A stretch of 64,000 nt of DNA from Cyanidioschyzon merolae. Taxonomy: Eukaryota. The stretch lies in assembly GCA_000091205.1 (NCBI GenBank), contig AP006498.2. One strand, 5' to 3'. Below, piece after piece: positions 12,101 through 23,987 of this stretch. Numbering within the stretch: position 1 is the stretch's first letter; every line of letters starts with the position of its first letter. The translations under genes and the position numbers were made by a program. A model generated the notes under the pieces. That model did no database searches, was not told the origin of the DNA, and saw only the letters and a list, made by a program, of their open reading frames with translations.

Positions 12101-12426
12101 CCGAGACGCTGACATATTTAGGCTTAGAGTGCCCGCGCTGGAAGCAGGAGCGCAGCGTGCTCCTTGAAGGACAGCAGCAGCTGGACATCACCGTGATAGC
12201 AAAAGGCCGGACACTCACTTTGAGTGTAGCACTGGCAACTGATGGTCCGCTAACGGAGCCTCAGCGCTCATTAGTGGCGAACAAACTCACATGCTACGTT
12301 CTGGGCGGAAGGTCCAGCGGATCGGATGCGCACACGGGCTCAGTGCGCTTTCTGCGCCTACCCACTGTGGTGAGCGTCAAGCACAAACCCACATTGCCAA
12401 CCGACAACAACGCATTCCATGCATGA
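9200..12426 (+). mobile_element. Degenerate non-LTR (LINE-like) retrotransposon: endonuclease-like N-terminal, reverse transcriptase and C-terminal Cys/His knuckle, split over at least 5 frames
   Basis: RT motifs lie in consecutive frameshifted ORFs. They are WRTAEVVPILKKD ... YRPIGL; FRSHEECMSHALTL ... YVCFIDFQKAFDTVPHE; LLFADDVVLLAPAPETL ... WKMSIAASKCGVMV. Upstream, SWNICGVASILDDE is EEP/APE-like. At the C-terminus, HCPCCGDDNPETLTYLGLECPRWKQER is a zinc-knuckle. Confidence 0.75.
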
Positions 12427-13015
12427 TCACGAAGGAGAGAGGCAGCTCCCAGGATATATCTGAACAGCCATGTTTCTCCAGCGTGTCGTGCAGCGAATAC
12501 AAGCCTGCATCCGCAGACTGTCCGAGCACAAACTGACGATGAGACCGGATTCTACGTCGGGTGAACCATGCCTCGAGCCGACGCCCTCTGTGGTATGGAA
12601 AAGCAGTTCTAGCTCTATGAACTATCTGCTCCAGCATTTAAGGCGCAAAGGCGGATACGGAACGGCAGGTACGAGGCACACACGATAGGACGTATGAAAC
12701 GACCAGAATATCCGAGAAGAAGTACAGGTAAAGTAACTTGGAAGTAGGGGGTTTCATAAATACTTCACCGCGCACTGGAAAAAAAGTGAGAAAAGAAAAA
12801 GCGCTTGATCGGAGAACGCTGACCCAAGGAAACGTCTTCTCCATAGGAAAAAGAACCTGCACCACACAATGGGCGAGTCGAGCGCGTCCACGGTGCTGCT
12901 CGCCGCCGGAGCGCAAATGCCCCAGAGCGGCGATTCCCAGTTCACGTTCGCACACACTGCACCACACGACGTCGAAGGTGCGTAGCAGAGACTTCGAAAA
13001 GCGGGTTTTCTGCTC

Positions 13016-15460
13016 GTGGTGACTTGTTCCAGGAGCGTTTTGCGTCAACTGGTGCACACCATGACACTCGGGTTCATTGTGCCAGTTCCTAGAACGCAAC
13101 GCTGGGCTGCGCACTCAATCTGGTTGGGAGCGACTGACAGAGTGCCTCATCCACGAAGTGCGGTGGCTGCAGGGAACGCTATCGTGCGGCGTACTCGACT
13201 CGTTGGAGCTGGGGCGCAACCGCAGCGGCTGAAGCGCGGAACGCTGGCTAGTTTGCGCAGTGTACACGGCGGGAGCGGGCACGTATGGGACAATGTGTCG
13301 TGTGCAAACTCTGGCAGCACGGAATCCGGAGACTTGACACGCAACCGTTTTGCCGTTCACAGGAGGCTGGGGTCGTCCGAGTGGCGTCGCACCTGGAGCG
13401 AGCGACTGGCTGGAGCGCGTCGTTTTCTGGTGGAACGTGCTCGGACGACGCTGCGGCGCTCGCCGCAACTCCTTCGCGAGACTCGACAGCAGGTGCAACG
13501 AGGGGCAGTCTGGTGCGAGCAGCGGCTTCGGCTGCTTGCCGCAAACATGCTCAAATATCTCGAGTGGATGTCGAAACTTCGGCAGCGCCGCAGGGCTCGT
13601 TCGCCTTCTGCCGAATGGGGTCTCGTACTGGAGGCAGGCTGGGCGCGCCGCGGTTTCGGCTCTCCAGCGAGTCGGGCAGTGGAAATCTGGTCGTTTGCGC
13701 TTCATCAGGTGTGGATGGAATTGCGTCTGCGTCGAGTTCAGGATTCGAAGCAACGCGCTGCGCTGCGCCGCCGGAACGCCCGCGCGCTCAAGGAGGGCCT
13801 CCTCCGTCTCGGACCGACGTTCATCAAGCTTGGACAACTCGCGAGCACGCGCGTGGACCTCTTCCCCCGTGAGTATATCGAAGAGCTTGTCTCATTGCAG
13901 GATCGCGTTCCACCGTTCAACATTCGCGTTGTGCGCCAGATCATCAGGGAGGACCTCGGTCGCGACATCGAGGAGCTCTTTGATACGTTCGAAGAGGAGC
14001 CCATGGCGGCCGCATCGCTCGGCCAAGTGCACAAAGCGCGCATCAACGGACAAGACGTGGCTGTGAAGGTACAACGCGCCGGACTCCGGGAGCTTTTTGA
14101 TGTGGATCTGAAGAACTTGCGTCTGCTCGCGCAGATGCTAGACTGGCTGGATCCGAAGACAGACGGCGCCTCACGAAACTGGGTGGAAATCTACAATGAG
14201 TCGGCGCGGCTGCTCTACGAGGAGATTGACTACGAAAACGAAGCACAGAATGCGCGAGAGTTTGCAGACAACTTTGAGCGATCCACTCGGGCGTTCGGGG
14301 GCGCAAATGATTGGGTGCGCGTCCCCAGAATTCTCGATGCCTACACGTCCAAGCGAGTGCTGGTCATGGAGTACGTGAAAGGCACCAAAATCAGCGCCGT
14401 GGAGGCGCTCGACGCCCTCGGTCTCGATCGAAAGCTACTTGCAGAGCGACTCGGGCGTTTCTTCCTGGAACAAACGCTGCGGCATGGTTTTATTCACTGT
14501 GATCCGCATCCGGGAAACATCGCAGTAGACGAAGAAGGCAGGTTGCTGGTCTATGATTTCGGCATGTGCCAGCGCCTGACTGCCAAAGTGCGCCGGGCCG
14601 TCGTGAACCTTGTCTTCGCGACCTACGAGAACGATGTTGCAGCCTTTGTGGATGCGCTGGCGGAAATGGGTGTCCTGAAACAAACCGCTGACAGGCTTAC
14701 CGTATACCGCATCGCCCGGTACTTCCTCAAAGCGTTCCGGGAACGCCTCGACGGCACTGCCGTGCAACTGGGCGGCGTCGCGGGTGCAGAGGCCACTGGC
14801 GAACAGCCGCCAGCACCAGAGACGACAACAAATCCGTTACCGAGTCTGCCAGTGGTGGACAGGAAGCTTGCACGCCAAATGACGCTAGAGAAGAGGCTCT
14901 CGGCAATCGGAGAGGAGCTGCTAGCAGTGGCCGACGATCAGCCGTTCCAGTTTCCGGCAGTCTTTACCTTCGTTTTCCGTGCATTGACCTCCATCGACGG
15001 TGCAGCCAAGGCACTGGACCCCGCCTTCGATATCACACGTCTCACCAAGCCGTACCTGCGTGATCTCATCGACCTCCGCGATGGATCCATAGCAAAGACC
15101 GCGTTGAAAACCGCCACCAAAGCGCTGGGTTGGCGCAAAGAGGACCTCGCCAGCGTCGTCACGCAGCCCCGAAAAGTCGCCTATATCGAATCGGTACTGC
15201 GGAAGATAGAGACGGGCGACCTCAAGATTCGCGTGAGAACGCTGGAAATCGAGCGCTCTTTCAAACTGCTCAGCGTCATGGTCGAAATTTTAGGTCACGG
15301 CATGCTCGCAAGCATCTTCATGAACATGGCACTCGCCGGGGTCTTCGCATCTGCCTGTTACCTTGGAGCAGCAGTGTGCGGTGTGCGCGCACTCGTCGGT
15401 TTTCTCAACTTGCGCATCATCCAACAACGACAGGCAAAGTACGCTCGTGGCGGGAATTAA
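13016..15460 (+). CDS. ABC1/ADCK (UbiB-family) atypical kinase with long N-terminal extension (true start may lie downstream of 13016)
   Basis: LGPTFIKLGQLASTRVDLFPREYIEELVSLQDRVPPF ... AAASLGQVHKARINGQDVAVKVQRAGL ... HCDPHPGNIAVDEEGRLLVYDFGMC are the canonical ABC1 kinase motifs. Confidence 0.85.
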   Translation: MVTCSRSVLRQLVHTMTLGFIVPVPRTQRWAAHSIWLGATDRVPHPRSAVAAGNAIVRRTRLVGAGAQPQRLKRGTLASLRSVHGGSGHVWDNVSCANSGSTESGDLTRNRFAVHRRLGSSEWRRTWSERLAGARRFLVERARTTLRRSPQLLRETRQQVQRGAVWCEQRLRLLAANMLKYLEWMSKLRQRRRARSPSAEWGLVLEAGWARRGFGSPASRAVEIWSFALHQVWMELRLRRVQDSKQRAALRRRNARALKEGLLRLGPTFIKLGQLASTRVDLFPREYIEELVSLQDRVPPFNIRVVRQIIREDLGRDIEELFDTFEEEPMAAASLGQVHKARINGQDVAVKVQRAGLRELFDVDLKNLRLLAQMLDWLDPKTDGASRNWVEIYNESARLLYEEIDYENEAQNAREFADNFERSTRAFGGANDWVRVPRILDAYTSKRVLVMEYVKGTKISAVEALDALGLDRKLLAERLGRFFLEQTLRHGFIHCDPHPGNIAVDEEGRLLVYDFGMCQRLTAKVRRAVVNLVFATYENDVAAFVDALAEMGVLKQTADRLTVYRIARYFLKAFRERLDGTAVQLGGVAGAEATGEQPPAPETTTNPLPSLPVVDRKLARQMTLEKRLSAIGEELLAVADDQPFQFPAVFTFVFRALTSIDGAAKALDPAFDITRLTKPYLRDLIDLRDGSIAKTALKTATKALGWRKEDLASVVTQPRKVAYIESVLRKIETGDLKIRVRTLEIERSFKLLSVMVEILGHGMLASIFMNMALAGVFASACYLGAAVCGVRALVGFLNLRIIQQRQAKYARGGN

Positions 15461-17077
15461 GTATCCCACAGTGGCTGCCAGCAGTCACTGCAACAGTCAT
15501 AGCGCTTGAGAAGCGTTGTCGCATACGCTTGGCGCTTTTTCCAAACCAAAACAGGTTGTTGACGTATACGTACGAATATCGAATACTGGGCTACCATAGC
15601 CGGTCATCGATTGGCCAGGCAAATCGTTCACGGTGTAAATATACGGCGCTCCAGTGTGTGGTGCTGGACCGCTGAACCCTACCATACCAGTACCTGATCC
15701 CAGGCGAGTACGCAGTGCCCTCTCTCCTGGCCAAGGATATTTTGTTTCTCGAGAGCCTGCCCCGTTTCACCACAATGTCCACCATGGATACGAAATCATT
15801 CACTGGAACGTTCGCTCAACAGCAAGGCGATGGATGTTCATCCAGCACGAGACGTTTCCGAATATTGATCGAGGCGGTCGAATATCGATGAAGAGAAAGT
15901 ACTTGCGAACATCGTTGCAGGCGGCATCGTATTCTAGCAAGTCGCTCGTTTTCGTCTGCCCCGCCGAGTAACCTGAAGTCTGCTTCCCGTGCACCATCTG
16001 CTGCATGCGGCACATGTTTCACGGTATGCTGCTGAACCAGGTTCGGCTTGCATCCGTACCCGTGATGCACGTCTGTCGTCCTGAACGTATCGATGGGAAT
16101 CGTCGGGTAACGATTCTCGGACGCTCTGTGAGTGCGCGCTGTCGCTTGTCGGGCGCCATATGCTGCCATCAAAAACCACGCGACTTGCCCGTCGTTTCCT
16201 TTTAGGGTTCGTGGAACAAGTCGGCGGTTGCACGACGATGGCCGTGGTACATCCGAAACCGACGTCCAGCCTGGCGCAGTCGCATGTGTGCTGACCCAGG
16301 ATCTCCTTCTTGATCCACTTGGAAACTCATGGATGCTCTGAATGATGTGTACAAAGCATCGGCCTTGTGCTCGGTACGGTACTGTGGGCTTCGTACGAGG
16401 TATCGACGCCCTCATTGCAGCTGATGGTACGCCTCGGGGCGTCCACGATGCCTGATACCCGATCATGCCGAACCCCGGAGAGAGGTTGAGCGGCCTCACC
16501 TGGTTGCCGTTCAGATCTTGGGTTCCGTCGTTTCTATATATGGGGGTACGGCGACCGCCGTGATGCACACGAAGCCGGGACCCCGCTTACCGTAAACGTA
16601 TACCCTTCATGTACGTTCAGCGGTTGAACGTGAGTCTCGTTGCTCGACTCTGGACCAGGTTTCTAAAAAAATTGCGTGGAAATGGAGATGCCTTGCATCT
16701 GTATCCTCCCTGCAGAAGTCTTTCCATTTTATATTCTCTGTAAACGACAAAGCTTGAACGAGCTCTGCGAACGCTGTCTAAGATGTAGGTCGAATGCTTC
16801 ATAGTTGCTCACAGAGACTGGCTCCTTGTTCGCTTTTTTCTTTATTTTTCTGGTTCACATGGATGTACTGGCTGCATTCGATTTCAGGTTTTGTTCCCGC
16901 GGGACCTGGACGCACGCTGTGAACGGTGGCACTGAAAATCGCCTTTTCTATGGATGCATCTACGGTTCCTCAAGTAATACGTTGTCAGCTTCTCTGCCTC
17001 CAGCATGTCCGCAGACCGAAACGCACAGTTTCATTTCCTCTCATGAACAAACAGATGCGCAACAGCGCGATTCAGTT

Positions 17078-17969
17078 CTAGTGAACGCACTGGAGAACGT
17101 CAAGTCGTAAAACAGTTTTTCGATTAACGGTGTCACGGATGCGACTGACTCGTCTATAAATCACAGAGCGCCAGATGCGGCGTATGGCTACAGAAAAGTC
17201 GCCTTCGACTGGACTGAACCAGCGAGCATAGGCAGGCACAACGCGCAGCTCAACCCCAGGATCAGCAGCATATTCCAGGTCAGGTATTGAATGATGGAAT
17301 TCGGCGCTGTCTATAAGCAAAAACAGAAGCATCTGGAAAGGAGAAGCTACGAATTGTGCATCGACGAAAGATGCGTCGCTGAACAATCCTGCTGATATTG
17401 CGATTTGTGAGCGCCCATATGCATCAATCACAGCGAGAGCTGGTGTTGGCGCTTTGGTCGCTTTCATGCGAAACAAGAGCAGTTTGCCTGCTTTGGGGTA
17501 CCCACATACCAGTATATTGTTTCTTCCGGATACCGTCTCATCGATTGACACGAAGACGTGCATCTCTTGTGACGAACGTTTGCGTTTCAGAACGAAATCC
17601 ATAGCCTTGTCCAGCACGTGACAGTCTACCGCAGACGCACACCGGTCTCTTTGGGTAAGCGTGCCTCTTCATCGCCGTTCGGGGCAGCGGTATGCTAAAA
17701 TCAGATTCTGTGGCTTTTTTGATAGAATTTCTTAGAGAACGTATGGAATCGGATGCATTGACGATGGGAATGGTGAATAAATAGGCTCTCGGAAGTTCTG
17801 TAGATGGGGCATGATCTTCAGGATACGGAGCAAGATAAGCGTCGTTCATGGACATGCGGACTGCAGAACGAATAGCTTGTACAAGTAAGGTAGTTTTTCG
17901 CAAGCGATCATTGCCAGCAGAACTTCTTTCCATGATCTGCTTCGAATCCAGCGAATATATTCCTCTCAT
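17078..17969 (-). CDS. Hypothetical protein(s) in a locally lower-GC island: two adjacent minus-strand ORFs (179 and 143 aa), no recognisable domain
   Basis: ORF length only. Base composition here is visibly AT-richer than the surrounding genes. Confidence 0.2.
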
Positions 17970-19316
17970 AATACAGCTTTTTGAAAAACAAGCAAAACCA
18001 AAAAAGGCAAGCTGATGCAGGTTCTCAAGAATTCACTGCTTGGTGAAGTAACGAGCAATGCATCAACGCTGCCGCTCGCTTGGATTGCGTCCCTGCGCGT
18101 AGACTTGGACCGCACTGTAGGCGAAACAGCTTCCAATGGAAATCCAAAGAGGAGAGAGACTGGCGTACTGACAACCTGCAATAAGAGAGCGGAATACGAA
18201 GCAGTCGCGGGTAGAGCTCGTAAACGCTGGTGTTGATGATAGCTAGAAGAGAACGGAAAACTTCATAATGAACGCCCATGTTCGCGAGGCGGATCCTGTT
18301 CCATTTTATGCTCACCTGCACGTACGCGTGAAAAGTCTCCGATGAAAACGCGTTGCAGCGTAGCGCATCGCCAGACAGCAAAACAGGAGACGCCGTTCAG
18401 CTCAAGTCCTGGCAACGGCAACCGCTGCTGCTTCTCTACTGCATCGCACGCTCGTAGCGGAACCGCGGGTTCGTGGCTACTGCCGCACATCCGCCTCGTG
18501 TATGCCTTGCCTCTGACGGGAGCAGCACTGTTTTGCACATACATCACACCGTGAACGCTTTTGCGACTGCAAGTTGCAGACAAGGGAACACGAACGCACT
18601 GGCGGAGACTGGTGTTGCGCAGGACACGCCCTGCTTGGTGTTCTGGTCGAGAACGCTTCGATGATGAGGCACGTTTAACCGCCGTTCAAGTCGTCGCCAC
18701 TATCCCTGGCGCGAAATCGATCGATGGACACATCCCTCGAGGTGCTGCGAAAAGCGTCGCTTCAACCGGACGCAAAGCGAGACGCGCAAACCGCATCGAG
18801 ATTCCGTACCAGAGAAAGCATCGAAGCAGGAGCGACGAAGGCGATATCGCGGATACCGAAACACGATCACGATCGCTATTGAGGTTCGCAGCCGAAGACT
18901 CTGTATGGAATGTATCGTTGGTTGCGACGCAGTTGCGAGGTGCAATCATCAAGTCCAGCCATGTGGCAGGGCCTTAGCGCAAACGATTCTCTTGGATCCA
19001 GTTCTGGATCGTGCATACGCAAGTGAGGCATCGAGCAACGTCTGATTGTGCAGTTTGTTTTGCGGCGAGCACGGAGCATCTCGTGTGTGCGAGCAAATAC
19101 GAGGTCCGAGTGGCTTCTCTCGGCGGAATACGGAGCTCGTCCTCCAGGCGACGACGCCGAGAAAGACGTTTCACGAACGCATCTCCAGCGAGTCCATGCG
19201 TCTATGCAACGCGCTTTCCCGTGCTCCATATAGAGCTAACGTAATCGTTGCATCCACTGGATAAGAAACCGCTCGCTCAATGCATGTCGGCCTCATCTCG
19301 ATTAGGGGTCTCCATG

Positions 19317-20795
19317 CTAGGGCTTTTTGTTCAGAGGCCCATCCATAACACCTTCCCGATGGTAAAATTCATCGAGAATCTTCTGGGACACACGTTTCAG
19401 AAGGTGCGCGGGGAATGTGCGTAGCAAACTCCAGGCCAGGTCCAGGGATTCGTAAACAGAGCGGTTCTCGTTACGACCTTGATGAATGAACTTGGACTCA
19501 AACTTTGCCAGAAAATCGAGGTGCAGATGATCTTCTGCGGTAAGCGCCTCCTCACCGATGATCGCTTTCATTGCCATCACATCCTTGCCAATCGCGTACG
19601 CAGCATATAACTGGTTGCTCACGTCACTATGGTCTCGTCGAGTCATGCCTTCGCCTATGGCACTCTTCATGAGGCGCGACAACGACGGCAACGGGTTCAC
19701 CGGTGGATAAATCTCACGGCTGTGAAGCGCTGCGTCCAAGAATATTTGGCCCTCGGTGATGTAGCCAGTAAGGTCGGGAATCGGGTGCGTGATATCACCG
19801 TTCGGCATGGTGACAATCGGGATCTGGGTGATCGATCCTTTGCAGCCTTCGACGCGGCCAGCTCTCTCATAGAGTGAGCTCAAATCCGAGTACATGAACG
19901 AAGGGTAGCCGCGGCGCCCTGGTACCTCCTCCCGAGCCGCGCTGACCTCGCGCAATGCGTCACAGTATGAAGCCATATCCGTAAGAATGACCAGCACGTG
20001 CAATCCGCAGTCGTATGCCAGATACTCGGCAGTGGTCAGCGCCAGGCGCGGTGTAATGATGCGTTCAATCGTTGGATCGCTGCTCATGTTCAGGAAGAGC
20101 ACCGTGCGGGTCATGGCTCCGTTTTCTTCAAAATCGCGGCGGAAGAAGCGAGCTGTCTCCTGGGTCGCACCCATTGCTGCGAAAACGATGGCAAACTGAT
20201 CGTCGTTGGCATCATTCTTCTTTGTGCCGGGTGGTCGCACCAGGCACGCTTGGCGACATATTTGTGCGGCGACCACATCACTAGGCAGGCCACTGGACGT
20301 GAAAATGGGAATCTTCTGACCGCGGGCGACGCTCATCATGACATCGATCGTCGAGATGCCGGTCTGGAACATTTCCTGCGGATACATACGTCGCTGCGGA
20401 TTGATCGGCGATCCATTGATATCCGCAAGCTTTTCGGGGAGAAAGGCGGGCCCCCCGTCGATGGGCCTCCCAGAGCCGTCGAAAACGCGCCCCAGCATGT
20501 CCCGCGAGAGTGGCATGCGCAGTACGTCGCCGGTAAACTCGATGACCGTCCCGCCGCTATCGATTCCGTAGGTACCCTCGAAAACCTGAACGACAGCACG
20601 ATCACCGTTTACTTCCAGCACCTGACCGCGTCGCCTGGTTCCATCGGAGAGCGTGATCGTCACGATCTCTGCGTACCGCGGTTGACGCACCCGCTCGAGC
20701 ACGACGAGCGGCCCGTTCACTGCTGCCACAGTGCGGTACGTTAAGCGCGGCTTGACGTCTTCGAACCGATGCGACTCTACTTTTGTACTCTCCAT
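19317..20795 (-). CDS. ATP6V1B: V-type proton ATPase subunit B
   Basis: The 492-aa ORF has the conserved V1-B / F1-alpha-beta fold signature blocks [29 protein letters not shown] ... [21 protein letters not shown] ... [22 protein letters not shown] along its whole length. Confidence 0.95.
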   Translation of the reverse strand: MESTKVESHRFEDVKPRLTYRTVAAVNGPLVVLERVRQPRYAEIVTITLSDGTRRRGQVLEVNGDRAVVQVFEGTYGIDSGGTVIEFTGDVLRMPLSRDMLGRVFDGSGRPIDGGPAFLPEKLADINGSPINPQRRMYPQEMFQTGISTIDVMMSVARGQKIPIFTSSGLPSDVVAAQICRQACLVRPPGTKKNDANDDQFAIVFAAMGATQETARFFRRDFEENGAMTRTVLFLNMSSDPTIERIITPRLALTTAEYLAYDCGLHVLVILTDMASYCDALREVSAAREEVPGRRGYPSFMYSDLSSLYERAGRVEGCKGSITQIPIVTMPNGDITHPIPDLTGYITEGQIFLDAALHSREIYPPVNPLPSLSRLMKSAIGEGMTRRDHSDVSNQLYAAYAIGKDVMAMKAIIGEEALTAEDHLHLDFLAKFESKFIHQGRNENRSVYESLDLAWSLLRTFPAHLLKRVSQKILDEFYHREGVMDGPLNKKP

Positions 20796-21021
20796 CAGTC
20801 ACCGGAAGCTCTCTCGGTCCAGAGCAAGAGAAACGCGATTCGATTCGGGTTGGGTGCAACGATTTGCGCTGTTGCTTGACCTGAGCTCGCCGCTCGGTGC
20901 CGAGAAGCTTACGCCTGGAGCCTGTTGCCGAAGTATGTACGGGTAGCAGTTGCTCAGACCCCGAAACACCGTAAGCGAACCGCGCTTTGTGTCTCCCGGT
21001 GAGTCAGGAATACGCACTAAT

Positions 21022-21049
21022 AAACGAACAAACAAACAAACAAACAAAG
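21022..21049. repeat. (AAAC)n microsatellite in the V-ATPase B / GLOD4 divergent intergenic region
   Basis: acgaacaaacaaacaaacaaacaaag seen directly. Confidence 0.85.
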
Positions 21050-21279
21050 AGTTTTCTCTGAAGCGCCACAACTGCAATAATGATAACCTGCACCAGGGAT
21101 GCCTGCAGCGACGCACGCTTCAGGCAAAACGTGCCATCGCTGGCGCTCGCTTTAGCCTGCACCGGCATTCCGTACGAGGCTGGAGGTGTACAAGCGACGG
21201 GTCAAACGGCAACGGGTTCGCATCTGAACTAGCCACTTGTGTTACCGGGCAGTTTCTCAGTGACGATTTGCAGTGCTTC

Positions 21280-22458
21280 ATGGCAACCGAGGAAACAACG
21301 CGGCGTTTTCGTGCGTTGCACTGGGTGTTCAAGGATCCCGACCGGCGAAAGACCTATGAATTCTATCGGACAGTGCTGGGGATGAAGGTCCTTCGGCACG
21401 AGGAGTTCGACAGTGAGTGCAAAGCTTCGTGTAACGGACCCTACGACAACCGCTGGTCCAAGACCATGTACGGTTTCGGACCTGAAAGCGAGTATTTTGC
21501 GTGTGAGTTAACCTACAACTACCCTATCAAGAAGTATGCGTTAGGAAACGACCTGCGCTTCGTCGAGCTTGCCTCCACCACCATACAGGAACGCGTTCGG
21601 AACTCAGGTTGGCCTTTCGAAGAGATCCAGACTGGCTCTGTGCTCGAGTTGCGTGCACCCGGTGGTTACGTTTTTCGCTGTTGCGGTGACGATGCGCTCA
21701 CCGAAGCGGGAAAACCACCTAGCAAGCGGCTCCGAACGGATATAAAGCAGGACGGGAAGAGCGTTTCCGCTGCACAAAACGCAGAACAGCGCGTCACGGA
21801 ACCTGATCCCTTTCGGAAGATTTCACTTCACGTGACTGATATTGAGCGATCCATCTCGTTCTACCGGGATGAACTGGGAATGCAGCTCGAGGGCAGGTCC
21901 AGCGACCCGGAGGATTGCGTTCGTTTGCGATACCCGGGCGACGCTTTCGTGGTCGAGCTCGTGGCGCTTCCAGCGGGTACCGCGCTGGACCACGGAGAGG
22001 CATACGGAAGAATCGCATTTTCCATCTCCGGATCGCCTCTGGATATCGAAAAAAAGATCAACGAGAATCCCAAAACGCTCGGTCGCGTACAAACTCCCCT
22101 GGTTGCACTGGACACGCCAGCCAAGGCAACGGTTGAAGTGGTGATCCTTCAGGACCCAGACGGGTACGAGATATGTTTCGTTGGTGAGAGCGCGTTCAAC
22201 GAACTCTGCGTACCAGATCCGGATGCAGAAGCATGCCTCCAGGAAGCGATGGATGCAGACCGTTCTGACGAGGTTCCATTATGGCGAGCGGCGCCAGAAG
22301 CGACCGACAAGGACTCGAAAGCTGCAGAGGAGACGCACGCCGTCGACGCCAACGAGCCTGCTGCAGCAACAGAAGACCGAAAGTCTTCGAAAAAGCACTT
22401 GGAGAACGATACACAGAACGACGCTCCAGGCAGTACCGCTGAGCCATCCGCCACCTAA
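21280..22458 (+). CDS. GLOD4: Glyoxalase domain-containing protein 4 (GLOD4)-like, with acidic C-terminal extension
   Basis: From the ATG at 21280: MATEETTRRFRALHWVFKDPDRRKTYEFYRTVLGMKVLRHEEFDSECKASCNGPYDNRWSKTMYGFGPESEYFACELTYNYPIKKYALGNDLRF. This closely parallels GLOD4 N-termini (RRALHFVFKV ... VLGMKVLRHEEF ... CNGPYD ... WSKTM ... ELTYNY). The listed ORF start at 20950 is upstream read-through. Confidence 0.8.
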   Translation: MATEETTRRFRALHWVFKDPDRRKTYEFYRTVLGMKVLRHEEFDSECKASCNGPYDNRWSKTMYGFGPESEYFACELTYNYPIKKYALGNDLRFVELASTTIQERVRNSGWPFEEIQTGSVLELRAPGGYVFRCCGDDALTEAGKPPSKRLRTDIKQDGKSVSAAQNAEQRVTEPDPFRKISLHVTDIERSISFYRDELGMQLEGRSSDPEDCVRLRYPGDAFVVELVALPAGTALDHGEAYGRIAFSISGSPLDIEKKINENPKTLGRVQTPLVALDTPAKATVEVVILQDPDGYEICFVGESAFNELCVPDPDAEACLQEAMDADRSDEVPLWRAAPEATDKDSKAAEETHAVDANEPAAATEDRKSSKKHLENDTQNDAPGSTAEPSAT

Positions 22459-23987
22459 GCGTGTCTTCGAACAGGGTAGGCGCCGATGGAGGCGGGGCTG
22501 TTTCGGTTGCCGCCCCGTCAACACGTTCTTTCTTTGCATTCATCGTTCTGGCTTGGCAGCGGGACAGTCACAGGGACGGCACTTCTGGACAGCGTCTGGG
22601 AAGCTTGCCAGTTTTCGCATAGATGCTTCAAAGGACGTCTTTGGTGCGCGTATCGACGTGAGGCACTGGAATACAGGGCGCTTTTCAATCGACAAAGGTA
22701 TCGCCCTGGTCCAGCGCGCAAGCCACTCGCTGGTCCGTCGACGCTTATTCGGACACGAGTTCTGCTCAGATGAACACGGAATGCTGGCCTGCTCCTGCTT
22801 ATCGATTTTTTCTGAACTTTTTCTAGATGCACAGGCTCGATAATGAAAGTGCGGTTATAAGGGTTTACGAATTCGAACCAAGTTTTAGGACGGTTTATTG
22901 TGCTTTCGAGGTGACTGCGTTGACGCTCTGCCACCGGAATGCGTTGCGTCAGCGTAATCGAGATGATTCGCGACGCCGACGAACAAGGGTCTCGTTCCAT
23001 ATCCGATTCCATCATCCAGTTCTATCGTATGAGCCTCCACGCTTCTCCTTTTTTTACGTGTAGTGTGCTCGAATCACCCATGGTTTAACTTTCCGATCTT
23101 TCTTTTTCAAGGCAACTCGCAGGTACAGGACTTCATGCCGCTGGATTGACGAGGCGAAAAACGCGACCGCAACCTTTGACGGCTTGTCTATAAATTCATG
23201 CCGAAATTTCTCTGAACTTGTCATGTCAAACGGTAGATTCCATTCGAAAGTCGAATCCGCGTCTTGCTGAGGGCATCGAAAAAACCCGTATTCCACAGCA
23301 GCATGATACCTGTCAGAACCTATGCCCCCAGAAGCTAGGCTTTCTTCTTCCATGAAACGACGAGGTCCTGGACTCGGACCTGCGCTCTCGTAGCGATCGC
23401 TTCCGGCGGAAAACGCATCAGTGTTCTGCACAAACGCATTGTCTACGGATCGAGACTGCTCGATCTGTTCTTCAGCATCTATTTTCCTTACGGCACTTGT
23501 TTCAGAATGAAAAACATCCAGTTCCAAAAATCCTCTATTTCATGGAACAGCGCGCGTTTACTTGTGCAGTAGACAGAGTCTTCACCCAGTGAGTCGGCCA
23601 GAAAAAGCCCGTAATCGGTAGGTGCGGCAGCGGACGCGGAGACGGAGGAGAGTGTCGAGAAGGGCCCCTCTGTACACGTTGATGGCATTCACCGAGCGAC
23701 GGAGCAAGCCTTCACGCGCCGTGGGTGACGCTTCGAGGACAAGGTCTCCGGCGGACATCCCCGAACAACCAAACGGAGCCAAGTGCCACCGTAGCGACGG
23801 GCGTACCGTGGCTGCATGAATCGACAATGCAAATGGAAGCGAAGCTTCGTTCGCAGTGATACGCATCCGATGCATCGATTGAAGCGGAATCAGCGAATCT
23901 GGACTTGACGCTGCCACCAACATCCTTCGACTTCTAGTAACGGCGCTGGAGTTACAGGAGAGACTCTGGACCATTTAAAGCCGGGGG

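Noticed and set aside
13115-13837. 240-aa minus-strand ORF, and many 60-240-aa ORFs elsewhere that overlap annotated genes on either strand
   Set aside because: They overlap or are antisense to strongly supported conserved genes. High GC lowers stop-codon frequency, so long spurious frames are expected. None carries a recognisable domain.
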